Positions 15,665 through 23,746 of a stretch of DNA of 33,662 nucleotides are shown here, one piece after another. A program made the position numbers and the translations under genes. The DNA comes from an uncultured Saprospiraceae bacterium (lineage in GTDB: Bacteria; Bacteroidota; Bacteroidia; Chitinophagales; Saprospiraceae), in the NCBI GenBank assembly GCA_964419315.1, contig CAYQRA010000001.1:1-33662 (forward strand), written 5' to 3'. Positions within the stretch are counted from its first letter, which is position 1, and every line of letters begins with the position of its first letter. The notes beneath the pieces are model-generated. The model made no database searches. It was not told the DNA's origin and saw only the letters and a program-made list of their open reading frames with translations.

Positions 15665-16576
15665 CTAGCGCGGAGCTGATTCTTTTAACCATTGCACCAG
15701 TGCTTGACGAACCTCATTATCGCTATGTACCCAACTGGCAGAATCAATATGCGAACTGTTTTCTAGTATTTTAAAATGCAAAATACCACTGTGTATAGGT
15801 TTTATTTTGTCAATAAATCTGGCCGCCGCTGCGAGTGGAACCATTCCGTCTTTGTCGCCATGTACACAACAAATAGGCAAGTTTTCTTTTTCTTGTAAAT
15901 GAAAAACCGGATTAGCCTGTTGGAATTGCTCCGCATCTTTTTTCCCTGCAAACCAATACAAGGGTAAAGAGGCATACATGCCTTCCAAAGCTAGGGGAGC
16001 ACCAAAAAGAAAAGCTCCAGAAATCAGTTGGTCAGAAAGTCCTAATCTGGCAAGTCGCTTACGATCAAAGGCGATGAGTGCCGCTAGATTGGCGCCTGCC
16101 GACATCCCGCCGACGAGTAAGCGAGCATTGGGTAAATTCTTTTTTGCTTTAAGGGATTCAATCAATAAAAGGCTAGCTTCTAAGTCTTCATTGATGGCTG
16201 GGTAACTGAAAAAAGGAATTCTTCTATACGAAGGAACAAAAACGGTATAACCTCGATCTACGAAAAATTGAGCATTGGATTGAAATTTTTCTGGGGTGCC
16301 AAGCATCCAAGCACCACCGTGATAATAAACCACCACCTCATTGGGATTGGACTTTCCCTCGATGGGTTCACAGCACAAAAGGTATTGACGCGAGTGCGGA
16401 CCAAAGCGATGTTTGGTGACGCGCATCTGATCTCTAGGCGAATTCCAGACTTTCCACCAAAAGTAAGGTATGGCAATCAATTCTTGCAATAAATTTCCTT
16501 TGGGGAAAACAGCGAGCAATAAAAGATAGCCCAAAAAAGAAGCGATTAAGGCCAAGACCATCCAAAGCAAAATCAT
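15665..16576 (-). CDS. Membrane-anchored alpha/beta hydrolase, hormone-sensitive-lipase-like (family IV) esterase
   Basis: The track ORF is 303 aa with its ATG at 16576..16574. The N-terminal TM anchor is MILLWMVLALIASFLGYLLLLAVF. The oxyanion motif is YYHGGAW (HGG), the nucleophile elbow is GMSAGANLA (GxSxG), and the later HGDKDGMVP and SSHID supply the Asp/His candidates. Confidence 0.85.
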   Translation of the reverse strand: MILLWMVLALIASFLGYLLLLAVFPKGNLLQELIAIPYFWWKVWNSPRDQMRVTKHRFGPHSRQYLLCCEPIEGKSNPNEVVVYYHGGAWMLGTPEKFQSNAQFFVDRGYTVFVPSYRRIPFFSYPAINEDLEASLLLIESLKAKKNLPNARLLVGGMSAGANLAALIAFDRKRLARLGLSDQLISGAFLFGAPLALEGMYASLPLYWFAGKKDAEQFQQANPVFHLQEKENLPICCVHGDKDGMVPLAAAARFIDKIKPIHSGILHFKILENSSHIDSASWVHSDNEVRQALVQWLKESAPR

Positions 16577-16798
16577 AGTTTTAATTTTGTTGGAAAGTTA
16601 GGGAATCTAAAACTTAATAAAGAAGTTGTTTTAAAATAGACAGATGATTTTTTTGCAAGTCATTGATCTCCAACACTTCAGCTAATTATTTTCACCGTAG
16701 CTTTGGCTACGAAAAAATAATGGAGCTTCGTTTTGAAAACCAAGCACTTACAATAATTCTCAACCTCCATTTCAACACAACTTCAAAGCATAGTGCCA

Positions 16799-16830
16799 TA
16801 AAAAAAGGGTGCACCTTTTTGGGTGCACCC
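16799..16830 (-). terminator. Intrinsic terminator of the 2187-aa gene
   Basis: A 9-bp G+C-rich stem, gggtgcacc (16807..16815) / ggtgcaccc (16822..16830), has a 6-nt loop. On the minus strand it is followed by a T8 run (plus-strand A8 at 16799..16806). It lies 62 nt downstream of the stop at 16892. Confidence 0.75.
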
Positions 16831-16891
16831 ATCCTTCCTCTCATAACCGTGTTAAGGCTATGTTTTACTTTTCAAGTAGATAAAGGCTGAA

Positions 16892-19800
16892 CTATATTCG
16901 GGTAACTTTGAATTTTTTGGTAATCACCATATCCGGTAATTTGATGTCTATATAGTAAATTCCAGAAGGCCAATTACTGACATCGACTGTCGTTTTTTGT
17001 TTTGGGAAACGTTCCTCATGAAGTTTTTGTCCCAAAACATTGTATACGGTCACCATCCTCATGTCCACTGGATTATAGTTGTGAATATTGAGAATGTCAG
17101 TAGTTGGAACAGGGAATACCGCTAGTCCATCTAGGTCTTTATTGTCTTCTATATCGGTAGAAATAATTCCTGGGGAATCTGGTGCATAAAGGACCAGTGC
17201 TTCTTCCATGGCATTGATGGCTTTGATGTGGGTGACCTTGACGGAAGTTGGCGCTTCTTTGCCAACAATGTCATCAATTACACCGATGAAATTTCCAATT
17301 TCTCCAAAACCTCCGGTACTTAGTTGATCGATTCTGCTGATGGCAATTTCTATTCGGCCATCCGCCATATCGCTCCGGTCAATACTCAAAAGATCTACAC
17401 TAGGCGTTCCAAACCAACTTTCAATGGTTTCAAATTCGATCGAACTTGGAAGGATCATTTCTGGATCATATTCTAGAGTAAAGGCAATTCCATAAATGTC
17501 TTCCATTGGAATATCGAAGGAACCCAAAACAAGGGGAGCACTAAGCGTTTGTCCCGGCGATAAAGTTCCTAAAGATGCCAGATCAACATAGATCGGTGGA
17601 TCATTCGGAGTGCCCGGTAAGCTTACTACGGGTTCTACTGGACCATGTTCTAGTCCGTAATTTTCTTGAATAACTTCGAGGTCTTTCTCGTCGATAATAC
17701 CATCTCCATTACAGTCGCTGTGCTTATAGTTGGTCACGCCATCTGCAAAAAATGCTGGCCAATCTTCGGCGGCTAGGCCATCCCAGTCGGTGCTTTGGTT
17801 GGGTCTAGAAAATCCTTGTTGACCAAAGGCAATTCCTAAGTTGAGTAGGTCGCAATGGTTAGCGATGTTATCCGAATTGGCATCGCCGGGCCAGACCTGA
17901 GCCACTTGGATCGAAGTGTAATAGCAGACATTGTCTATGGCTAATTCTACGCCACCGATCACCATATTTTCTACTTCTCCAAAAAGGCTGATATTACCTT
18001 CCGAGGTATTCGTAGCATCTCTATTGAAGAACATGGTGATACCCGGTGCAATAAATAAAACGGTATCTGGAGTGTCGAAATCAAAAGAGAAGACGTTTCC
18101 ACCATTGACGATCAATTCATTGTCAATGCCACCAGAGAAATCAAAACTGACAAATTCAATTGGATCACCGACACCAGAAAAATCAAATGCTAGCTCTCCT
18201 CCCAAGAAGATATGCAGACCGGAAGCGGCATTAAACATGGTCCATTGGGGAGTGCTGACCGCTTCTGCATAACTGATGTCATTTAGCATCGTCACCTCCA
18301 CACCATTAGATTCTAGTAGCAGTGCATCGTGGTTATTGAGGTTGTAGCTGAAGCCTTCTTCTAGTTCTTCGAAAGCCACACAGTCATTATTGGGAGTAGG
18401 AGGAGAGCTATTGATACAGATATTGTCAAAAGTAGATTCTACCCCACAGATGGTCAGTTCTTCTACTGCCCCAGTAATGCTTACCGTTCCTGCGATCGAA
18501 TTTGGGCCATAGGGTTCAATGATGATTTCATGTCCTGTACCTAGGCTAATGGTATTGGCATTTGCATCAAAGAAAATGGAATCGCTAACTCCGGCAATGC
18601 TAAGATAACCTTCATTGCAAAAGTCAAATGAAACGGAACTAGGAATTGGACTGAAGCCCGTAAAATCTAAACTGATTCCTGCGTTTTGTAAAAACAACGT
18701 TTGTCCACTATTGGTGACACTTCCACAATTGGTGCCATTTTGATATTCCCCTCTGACTTCGAAAATACTACTATTATTCACTTCATAGCAATCGCCAAAG
18801 CTGACGTCCATTCCTGCGGACTCGAAGACAAAATTACCGGGGATGATTTCATTGCCATTGAAAACCATATTGGGAGATAATTCTTCAAAGTCGATACAGG
18901 TATAATCCATTGGGCAAGGAAGGATATCAAAATCCATCTCTACACAACAGTTTGGATTATCATTGATGCAAATTTTTAGGACATCAAAACCTTGGTTGTG
19001 ATTGATATTAGGGAAGTTGTGTATCGTGATGGGGAGTTGGTCTAACTCATAGGTTCCAATATTTTCTCCTTGGAAGAATACATCGAATAGGTCATTATTA
19101 GGATTTTGGTAATTGAAGTTGAGAAACAAATTACTGGTTCCGTCTAGATTACAACCTTCCCAATTGATCCCAACATCTGTGATGCTACAATCTTGGTTGC
19201 AAAGCGGGGAGTCCAAGCCAGTTTCGAGTTGACAGTCAGTCGCAACAAGATCACTTACCAGGAATTCTAAAACGGTACTACCGTCGCCATCGAATGGTCC
19301 GAGTTGGATGGGAAGATCTGTATAGTTAAAGTTTCCGTAGTTGCTTCCATTGCCAATGACACTAAAAGAATCGCTGCCATTATTTTGATAATCAAACTCT
19401 AGATTTACAAAAAACTGGCCATCGGCATTACAGTCGGTAGGATTGACAATAAGATCCGTGATTTCACAAGGATCACCACAGTCTAAGGATTGGAAGTCCG
19501 TTTCTGTGCAGCAGTTGCCACTGCCATTGATACAGACTAATAAGAAATCACCACTAAGACCTGACTCAGGATAGTCGGTAATCGTCAAAGGTAGATCTGC
19601 AAGATTATAAGTATTGAATACCGCATTACTACTGGTGAAAATCGTGAATAAATCACTATTCGTATTTTGGTGTTCAAAATCAATTTGAATAGATATGGTG
19701 TTAGGGCCCGTACATTCTAGAGGAATGACTTCTAGGTCGCTGATTGAGCAGACCAAAGGACAATTTGGAATTTCAACTTCACCATAGAGGGAACAGTCAA

Positions 19801-22800
19801 ACATCGGATCTTGCACTTCTACTTCCATAATTGCTGGAGTAGAAGAAGCGGGAAATGGCCCGATTAGTTGAGGGAATTGCGTATATGGAAATGGACCGTA
19901 TAAAGTATTATTGATAACCACCGTATATTCAGGGCTATTGATATTTGGATTTTTTTCTACATAAACCAAGGTATAGAATTCGCCATTATAACACTCTATA
20001 GCTTCTACTTCCACATTTAAGATAGGGCAGTCCGGGTTGCAATCTCTTACTTCTACTAAACCAGAAATACAACAATTGGGGTCTACTAAATCACAGATTT
20101 GGATAGTTGCTCCTTGGCTGACATTGGCATTGTATTCAATATAAATGGGGAGCTCTGTATACGCGAAGGTGCCAAGAATTTCTCCCAATAAAGTGACTTC
20201 AAAACTATCGCCTCCAGGATTATTGGCATCAAAGTCAATCTTGTATTTATTGACTCCATTTACACAGCCCAAATCCTCAATCAACAGAGTGTTAAGTTCG
20301 CAAGTACTATTACAATTTACGGCCTCAATATTTACGACACCAATGCAGAATGGATCTGCTGCATCAAAAACATTGAATTGTAAATCATTGCCTGTATTGC
20401 CCGGAAATGGACCGAGGGTAATTGGAAGGGCGGCGTAATCAAAAGTTCCATAAAAGACACCATTGCCAACGATCATAAAGCCACCTAGCCCCGGGTTTTG
20501 TACCTCAAAATCTATATCGACCGTAAAGTTACCCGTAGCATCACAATCGGAGGCTTCTCCGATTAACTCGTGTATATTACAAGCGTTAGTACAGGAAACA
20601 GTTCCTAATTCAAATACAGCTTTACATTCTTGGTCGTTTTGGTCGATCACTATAAATTCATATTCGGTAGTGCCATCGCCAGGGAAGGGGCCGATCGTTA
20701 GCCATAGGTCGGAGTAGGCATAGGTGCCATGATTCATCCCATTGCCCGTGATATAAAAGGAATCACTAGTTCCAGTATAGTTGAAGTTGAGATCAACCAA
20801 GAAATTTCCATCTTGATCACAATCCCAAAACTCTACAATCAGATCATTGATTTCGCAATCATTGATGGAGCAGTTGACTGGGCCAAATCCTATAAATTCT
20901 TTACAATCTGGATTGGCTAGGTCATAAAAACCTAGTTCGTATTCCGTAGTGCCATTCCCAACAAAAGTACCAATGATAGGAAGTGGATCAGCATAACTAA
21001 AGTGGCCATAATTTTGGCCATTGCCGATGATGCCGAAGGAATCAGCATTATTGGTGATGTCTAATAATTCGACCTGAATACTAAATGTTCCATTGGGGGT
21101 ACAAGGGAGTATTTCAATGGCTACTTCAATGTCATTGAGGTCACATGGATTACAGCCCTCTGGGATAATCTCTACCCATTCGCTACAGTTAGTGGGATCA
21201 CTGTCTTTGACACAAACTTTTGCCACTTGGTAGATCGGTGATCCACTCGGTAGATTAATGCTAAGTGGGAGCGCAGAAAAAAGATAAGTACCAAAAGTAA
21301 CACCATCTAAATATAGTTCGAAGAATTCGTTGCTAGGATTATTAAAGTCAAAGTCTACCTCTAAAACGGAGTTGTCGCAAAATTGGACAACAGTTGGATT
21401 GCCTATAAAAGTACTACAGCCGCTTTGCTCAACATCTACAAGCTCAGAACAACAACTCGGATCGTCTTTTACACAAACCTTTGCTGTATAAAAAGCATTC
21501 GTATTTGGAAGTTGTTGGAGGCCAAGTGGTAAAGCAGAAAATGGATAAGATCCATAAACGGTACCATTCAAATACAGATCAAAAGAATCACCAGTCACAT
21601 TGGTATGATCAAAATCAATTTCAAAGTAAAAGTCATTACAGTAATGGATCGCGTTTACGTTTTCTATCGCACAGTTGCTTTGGAAACCAGTGGTATAACA
21701 CATCTCAATGAATTGTAAATCCGCCCCTCCAAAAGTGACCGAACTTAGAGCAGGATCAGAGATCGTGATGATATAATAATTGCTGCCGGGAATCAGTTCC
21801 TTGCTTACCTTGGCACCACCTGCTAGGGTAGTAGGTAGAATACTGATATCATTGATGTAAAGAATGCTTTCTCCATTGGCTGCAAAATTAAAACCAGCAG
21901 CGCCACCATAAGCAAAGCTAAAGCTCGTTACTGTTTCCGCAACATTTGTAAAATCAACTTTGACATTGATACTATTAGAAAGGTAGAAAGCCGAATTGTT
22001 TGGGTTTTCAAGATTTCCAAAGACTGGATTTGCTCCAGCACCGGGAAGGTATTCCTCCAAAGTGATTTTTAGATCGCTATTGGTACTGCTGATTTGAAAA
22101 CCTGGGTTTTGCCCGCCACCTTCTCCATAGAAAGTACCTGCTGGAAAGTCCGTAAAACTAAAACAGCTCGTTTCAGTTACCGCAGCATCAAAGCAGAAGT
22201 CTTGGAGTGCCAAACCTTCCGTACCACCGATGGTGATGGTTTCGAAGATGGGGCCTTTTAGGCTTAAGTAATATTTTGAATCTGACGGAATAGAAGAATC
22301 AATGGTCATTATGACCACGGTACCATCAGGAAGTACACTAGGTACCTCCTCGATATTTTCAAAATAAAAGGTAGTTCCATTATTGATTTGTAGATTTAAA
22401 CCCTTTCCACAACAACTAGGAAGTAAAGTGAAGTTCACCTCCGCAATAGGATCGGGGAGTCCTGAAAGGTCGACTTTCATTCCAATGTCATCAAAGGCGA
22501 AGAGATCATTATCTACTCCAAGGTAGCCATGTAAAGTTAAGTTGCCGAATTGACTATTATTGTTTTGATCTATCCAATTTTCTAGAGTTAGTTTGATGTC
22601 GTCCGTTAGTACAAAGAAGGGATCAACGGTAGCACCTGGCTGGCTATTGGAGGCAGAAAAAATAAAGGGACTATTGTCATATTGTACATCCAAGCAAGTT
22701 GGAGAAATGATGAGTTCGCAATCCGAATCTAATCCATAGAGTTCTGCAACATCATTTAGATTAAGGGCACGGTCATAGACTCTTAAGTCATCAATAAAGC

Positions 22801-23455
22801 CTTGGAAATCTCGTCCGATATAATAGTCGTCAGGATTGTCTCCAATTTGAAAATCATAAGTATCATCAGCGTTTCTCAATTGTCCATCGCGGTATAAGAA
22901 AATTTCGTTTTGGGCATTACGTACAAAAACCAAATGATGCCAATTTTGGTCATTCCCTAAATTTGGATCTTGGTTCCATTCATTGTCCCAAAGTCCGTAT
23001 CCAGAAGTACGATCTCCGGCAAGTGGCGTGTTTCCGTCAAAGAGACCTACTTCAAAACCTCCCGTTACATTGGGACCTTTACTGATGATTCTTTGGAAAT
23101 TATTACTGGTAGATAATGTTTTGAACCATACGCTTACCGAAAAAGCATCACCACCCGCCAAGGCATTTTCAGTAGTGGAAGCTACAGAAAGATAATCCGT
23201 AAACATTCCTGAAAGCCAAAGCGCACATCGATTGCCCCCCATTCTACCTTCCCCGTAAGAGAGATTTCCATACTCCGTCACTGCGGCATTTCCAGCTTTT
23301 TCCTCTAGATTCTCACTAAAACCCATTTGCAAGATTACTCCATCATCAATAGATTGAGCAGGCAAAATGGAGGCCATGCAAAAGCATAAAGCTAGAGACT
23401 GGAGTAGCCTTAAAAACATTTGATTAGGTTTGATTAGGGTAAGCGTAATTTTCAT
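16892..23455 (-). CDS. Giant modular T9SS-secreted surface protein (LamG-like, repeated beta-modules, 10 Cys-bracketed repeats, dockerin-like and cohesin-like modules, T9SS CTD)
   Basis: The track ORF is 2187 aa. The start is either ATG 23455 or the in-frame ATG at 23419, which gives a cleaner signal peptide (MFLRLLQSLALCFCMASILPAQS). Aa 35-240 or so look like a LamG/concanavalin-like domain (...FIDDLRVYDRALNLNDVAELY). EF-hand-like dockerin loops are GDANSDNIANHCD and DCNGDGIIDEKD (about 17660..17898). A cohesin-like segment is PGQTLSAPLVLGSFDIPMEDIYGIAFTLEYDPEMIL. The T9SS CTD (about 16895..17128) is LAVFPVPTTDILNIHN...SGIYYIDIKLPDMVITKKFKVTRI. Confidence 0.9.
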   Translation of the reverse strand: MKITLTLIKPNQMFLRLLQSLALCFCMASILPAQSIDDGVILQMGFSENLEEKAGNAAVTEYGNLSYGEGRMGGNRCALWLSGMFTDYLSVASTTENALAGGDAFSVSVWFKTLSTSNNFQRIISKGPNVTGGFEVGLFDGNTPLAGDRTSGYGLWDNEWNQDPNLGNDQNWHHLVFVRNAQNEIFLYRDGQLRNADDTYDFQIGDNPDDYYIGRDFQGFIDDLRVYDRALNLNDVAELYGLDSDCELIISPTCLDVQYDNSPFIFSASNSQPGATVDPFFVLTDDIKLTLENWIDQNNNSQFGNLTLHGYLGVDNDLFAFDDIGMKVDLSGLPDPIAEVNFTLLPSCCGKGLNLQINNGTTFYFENIEEVPSVLPDGTVVIMTIDSSIPSDSKYYLSLKGPIFETITIGGTEGLALQDFCFDAAVTETSCFSFTDFPAGTFYGEGGGQNPGFQISSTNSDLKITLEEYLPGAGANPVFGNLENPNNSAFYLSNSINVKVDFTNVAETVTSFSFAYGGAAGFNFAANGESILYINDISILPTTLAGGAKVSKELIPGSNYYIITISDPALSSVTFGGADLQFIEMCYTTGFQSNCAIENVNAIHYCNDFYFEIDFDHTNVTGDSFDLYLNGTVYGSYPFSALPLGLQQLPNTNAFYTAKVCVKDDPSCCSELVDVEQSGCSTFIGNPTVVQFCDNSVLEVDFDFNNPSNEFFELYLDGVTFGTYLFSALPLSINLPSGSPIYQVAKVCVKDSDPTNCSEWVEIIPEGCNPCDLNDIEVAIEILPCTPNGTFSIQVELLDITNNADSFGIIGNGQNYGHFSYADPLPIIGTFVGNGTTEYELGFYDLANPDCKEFIGFGPVNCSINDCEINDLIVEFWDCDQDGNFLVDLNFNYTGTSDSFYITGNGMNHGTYAYSDLWLTIGPFPGDGTTEYEFIVIDQNDQECKAVFELGTVSCTNACNIHELIGEASDCDATGNFTVDIDFEVQNPGLGGFMIVGNGVFYGTFDYAALPITLGPFPGNTGNDLQFNVFDAADPFCIGVVNIEAVNCNSTCELNTLLIEDLGCVNGVNKYKIDFDANNPGGDSFEVTLLGEILGTFAYTELPIYIEYNANVSQGATIQICDLVDPNCCISGLVEVRDCNPDCPILNVEVEAIECYNGEFYTLVYVEKNPNINSPEYTVVINNTLYGPFPYTQFPQLIGPFPASSTPAIMEVEVQDPMFDCSLYGEVEIPNCPLVCSISDLEVIPLECTGPNTISIQIDFEHQNTNSDLFTIFTSSNAVFNTYNLADLPLTITDYPESGLSGDFLLVCINGSGNCCTETDFQSLDCGDPCEITDLIVNPTDCNADGQFFVNLEFDYQNNGSDSFSVIGNGSNYGNFNYTDLPIQLGPFDGDGSTVLEFLVSDLVATDCQLETGLDSPLCNQDCSITDVGINWEGCNLDGTSNLFLNFNYQNPNNDLFDVFFQGENIGTYELDQLPITIHNFPNINHNQGFDVLKICINDNPNCCVEMDFDILPCPMDYTCIDFEELSPNMVFNGNEIIPGNFVFESAGMDVSFGDCYEVNNSSIFEVRGEYQNGTNCGSVTNSGQTLFLQNAGISLDFTGFSPIPSSVSFDFCNEGYLSIAGVSDSIFFDANANTISLGTGHEIIIEPYGPNSIAGTVSITGAVEELTICGVESTFDNICINSSPPTPNNDCVAFEELEEGFSYNLNNHDALLLESNGVEVTMLNDISYAEAVSTPQWTMFNAASGLHIFLGGELAFDFSGVGDPIEFVSFDFSGGIDNELIVNGGNVFSFDFDTPDTVLFIAPGITMFFNRDATNTSEGNISLFGEVENMVIGGVELAIDNVCYYTSIQVAQVWPGDANSDNIANHCDLLNLGIAFGQQGFSRPNQSTDWDGLAAEDWPAFFADGVTNYKHSDCNGDGIIDEKDLEVIQENYGLEHGPVEPVVSLPGTPNDPPIYVDLASLGTLSPGQTLSAPLVLGSFDIPMEDIYGIAFTLEYDPEMILPSSIEFETIESWFGTPSVDLLSIDRSDMADGRIEIAISRIDQLSTGGFGEIGNFIGVIDDIVGKEAPTSVKVTHIKAINAMEEALVLYAPDSPGIISTDIEDNKDLDGLAVFPVPTTDILNIHNYNPVDMRMVTVYNVLGQKLHEERFPKQKTTVDVSNWPSGIYYIDIKLPDMVITKKFKVTRI
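18911..21673 (-). repeat. Ten tandem in-frame repeats of a roughly 92-aa four-cysteine module (about 276-bp period)
   Basis: Aa 595-1515 or so. Each unit follows C-x(10-12)-C ... F.Y..LP ... C-x(9-12)-C, e.g. CEINDLIVEFWDCDQDGNFLVDLNFNYTGTSDSFYITGNGMNHGTYAYSDLWLTIGPFPGDGTTEYEFIVIDQNDQECKAVFELGTVSC. The copies are well diverged at the DNA level and I saw no long identical stretches. Confidence 0.8.
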
Positions 23456-23497
23456 ATGTCTATTTTCATTTATAGGTTGAAGGTCACATGGAGCTTA

Positions 23498-23549
23498 CCA
23501 CGATTAAATAGTCATTTCCTTGTGTAAGATAATGCCGATTTAATCGTGG
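23498..23549. promoter_or_regulatory. Perfect 12-bp inverted repeat upstream of the giant T9SS gene
   Basis: ccacgattaaat (23498..23509) and atttaatcgtgg (23538..23549) are separated by 28 nt. The repeat lies 43-94 nt upstream of the ATG at 23455, inside the 291-bp divergent intergenic region. It could be an operator or a 5'-leader hairpin. Confidence 0.35.
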
Positions 23550-23746
23550 ACGTTTCATAGAGAAACGTGTTTAGGTCGGTTATTACTTATTGACCTTACA
23601 ATAATCGAGAAAATCCTGATTTGGAAAAAGAACATTTATGCTTGATTTTTGGATTTTTTTTGACGAAATTTAAGTTTTGGAAATATTAATTCATTGATTA
23701 ACAGGTGTTTATGGTGTTTTGGGTTTTGTAAAAATTGTGAAAAAAA

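Noticed and set aside
16697-16710. Small hairpin gtagc-tttg-gctac as a terminator
   Set aside because: The stem is only 5 bp and no U-tract follows on either strand. The strong terminator at 16799..16830 already accounts for termination here.
16663-16890. 75-aa plus-strand ORF between the hydrolase gene and the giant gene
   Set aside because: It runs straight through the intrinsic terminator hairpin of the giant gene (16799..16830). It is hydrophobic and low-complexity, and it has no plausible promoter or start context.
18911-21673. Regular roughly 276-bp periodicity considered as a possible CRISPR or satellite array
   Set aside because: The period is in-frame coding sequence of a single 2187-aa ORF. 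The copies are diverged with no identical short repeats or unique spacers, and no cas genes are present.
1124-22000. Many 60-170-aa antisense or out-of-frame track ORFs nested inside the long genes (e.g. 1124..1636, 2891..3313, 6632..7009, 7849..8160, 11713..12018, 17931..18272, 20145..20438, 25589..25993, 26943..27299, 28871..29269)
   Set aside because: All are fully contained in much longer ORFs that carry recognisable domains. Their products are low-complexity or Ile/Phe/Lys/Ser-rich, as expected from reading AT-rich coding DNA in the wrong frame.
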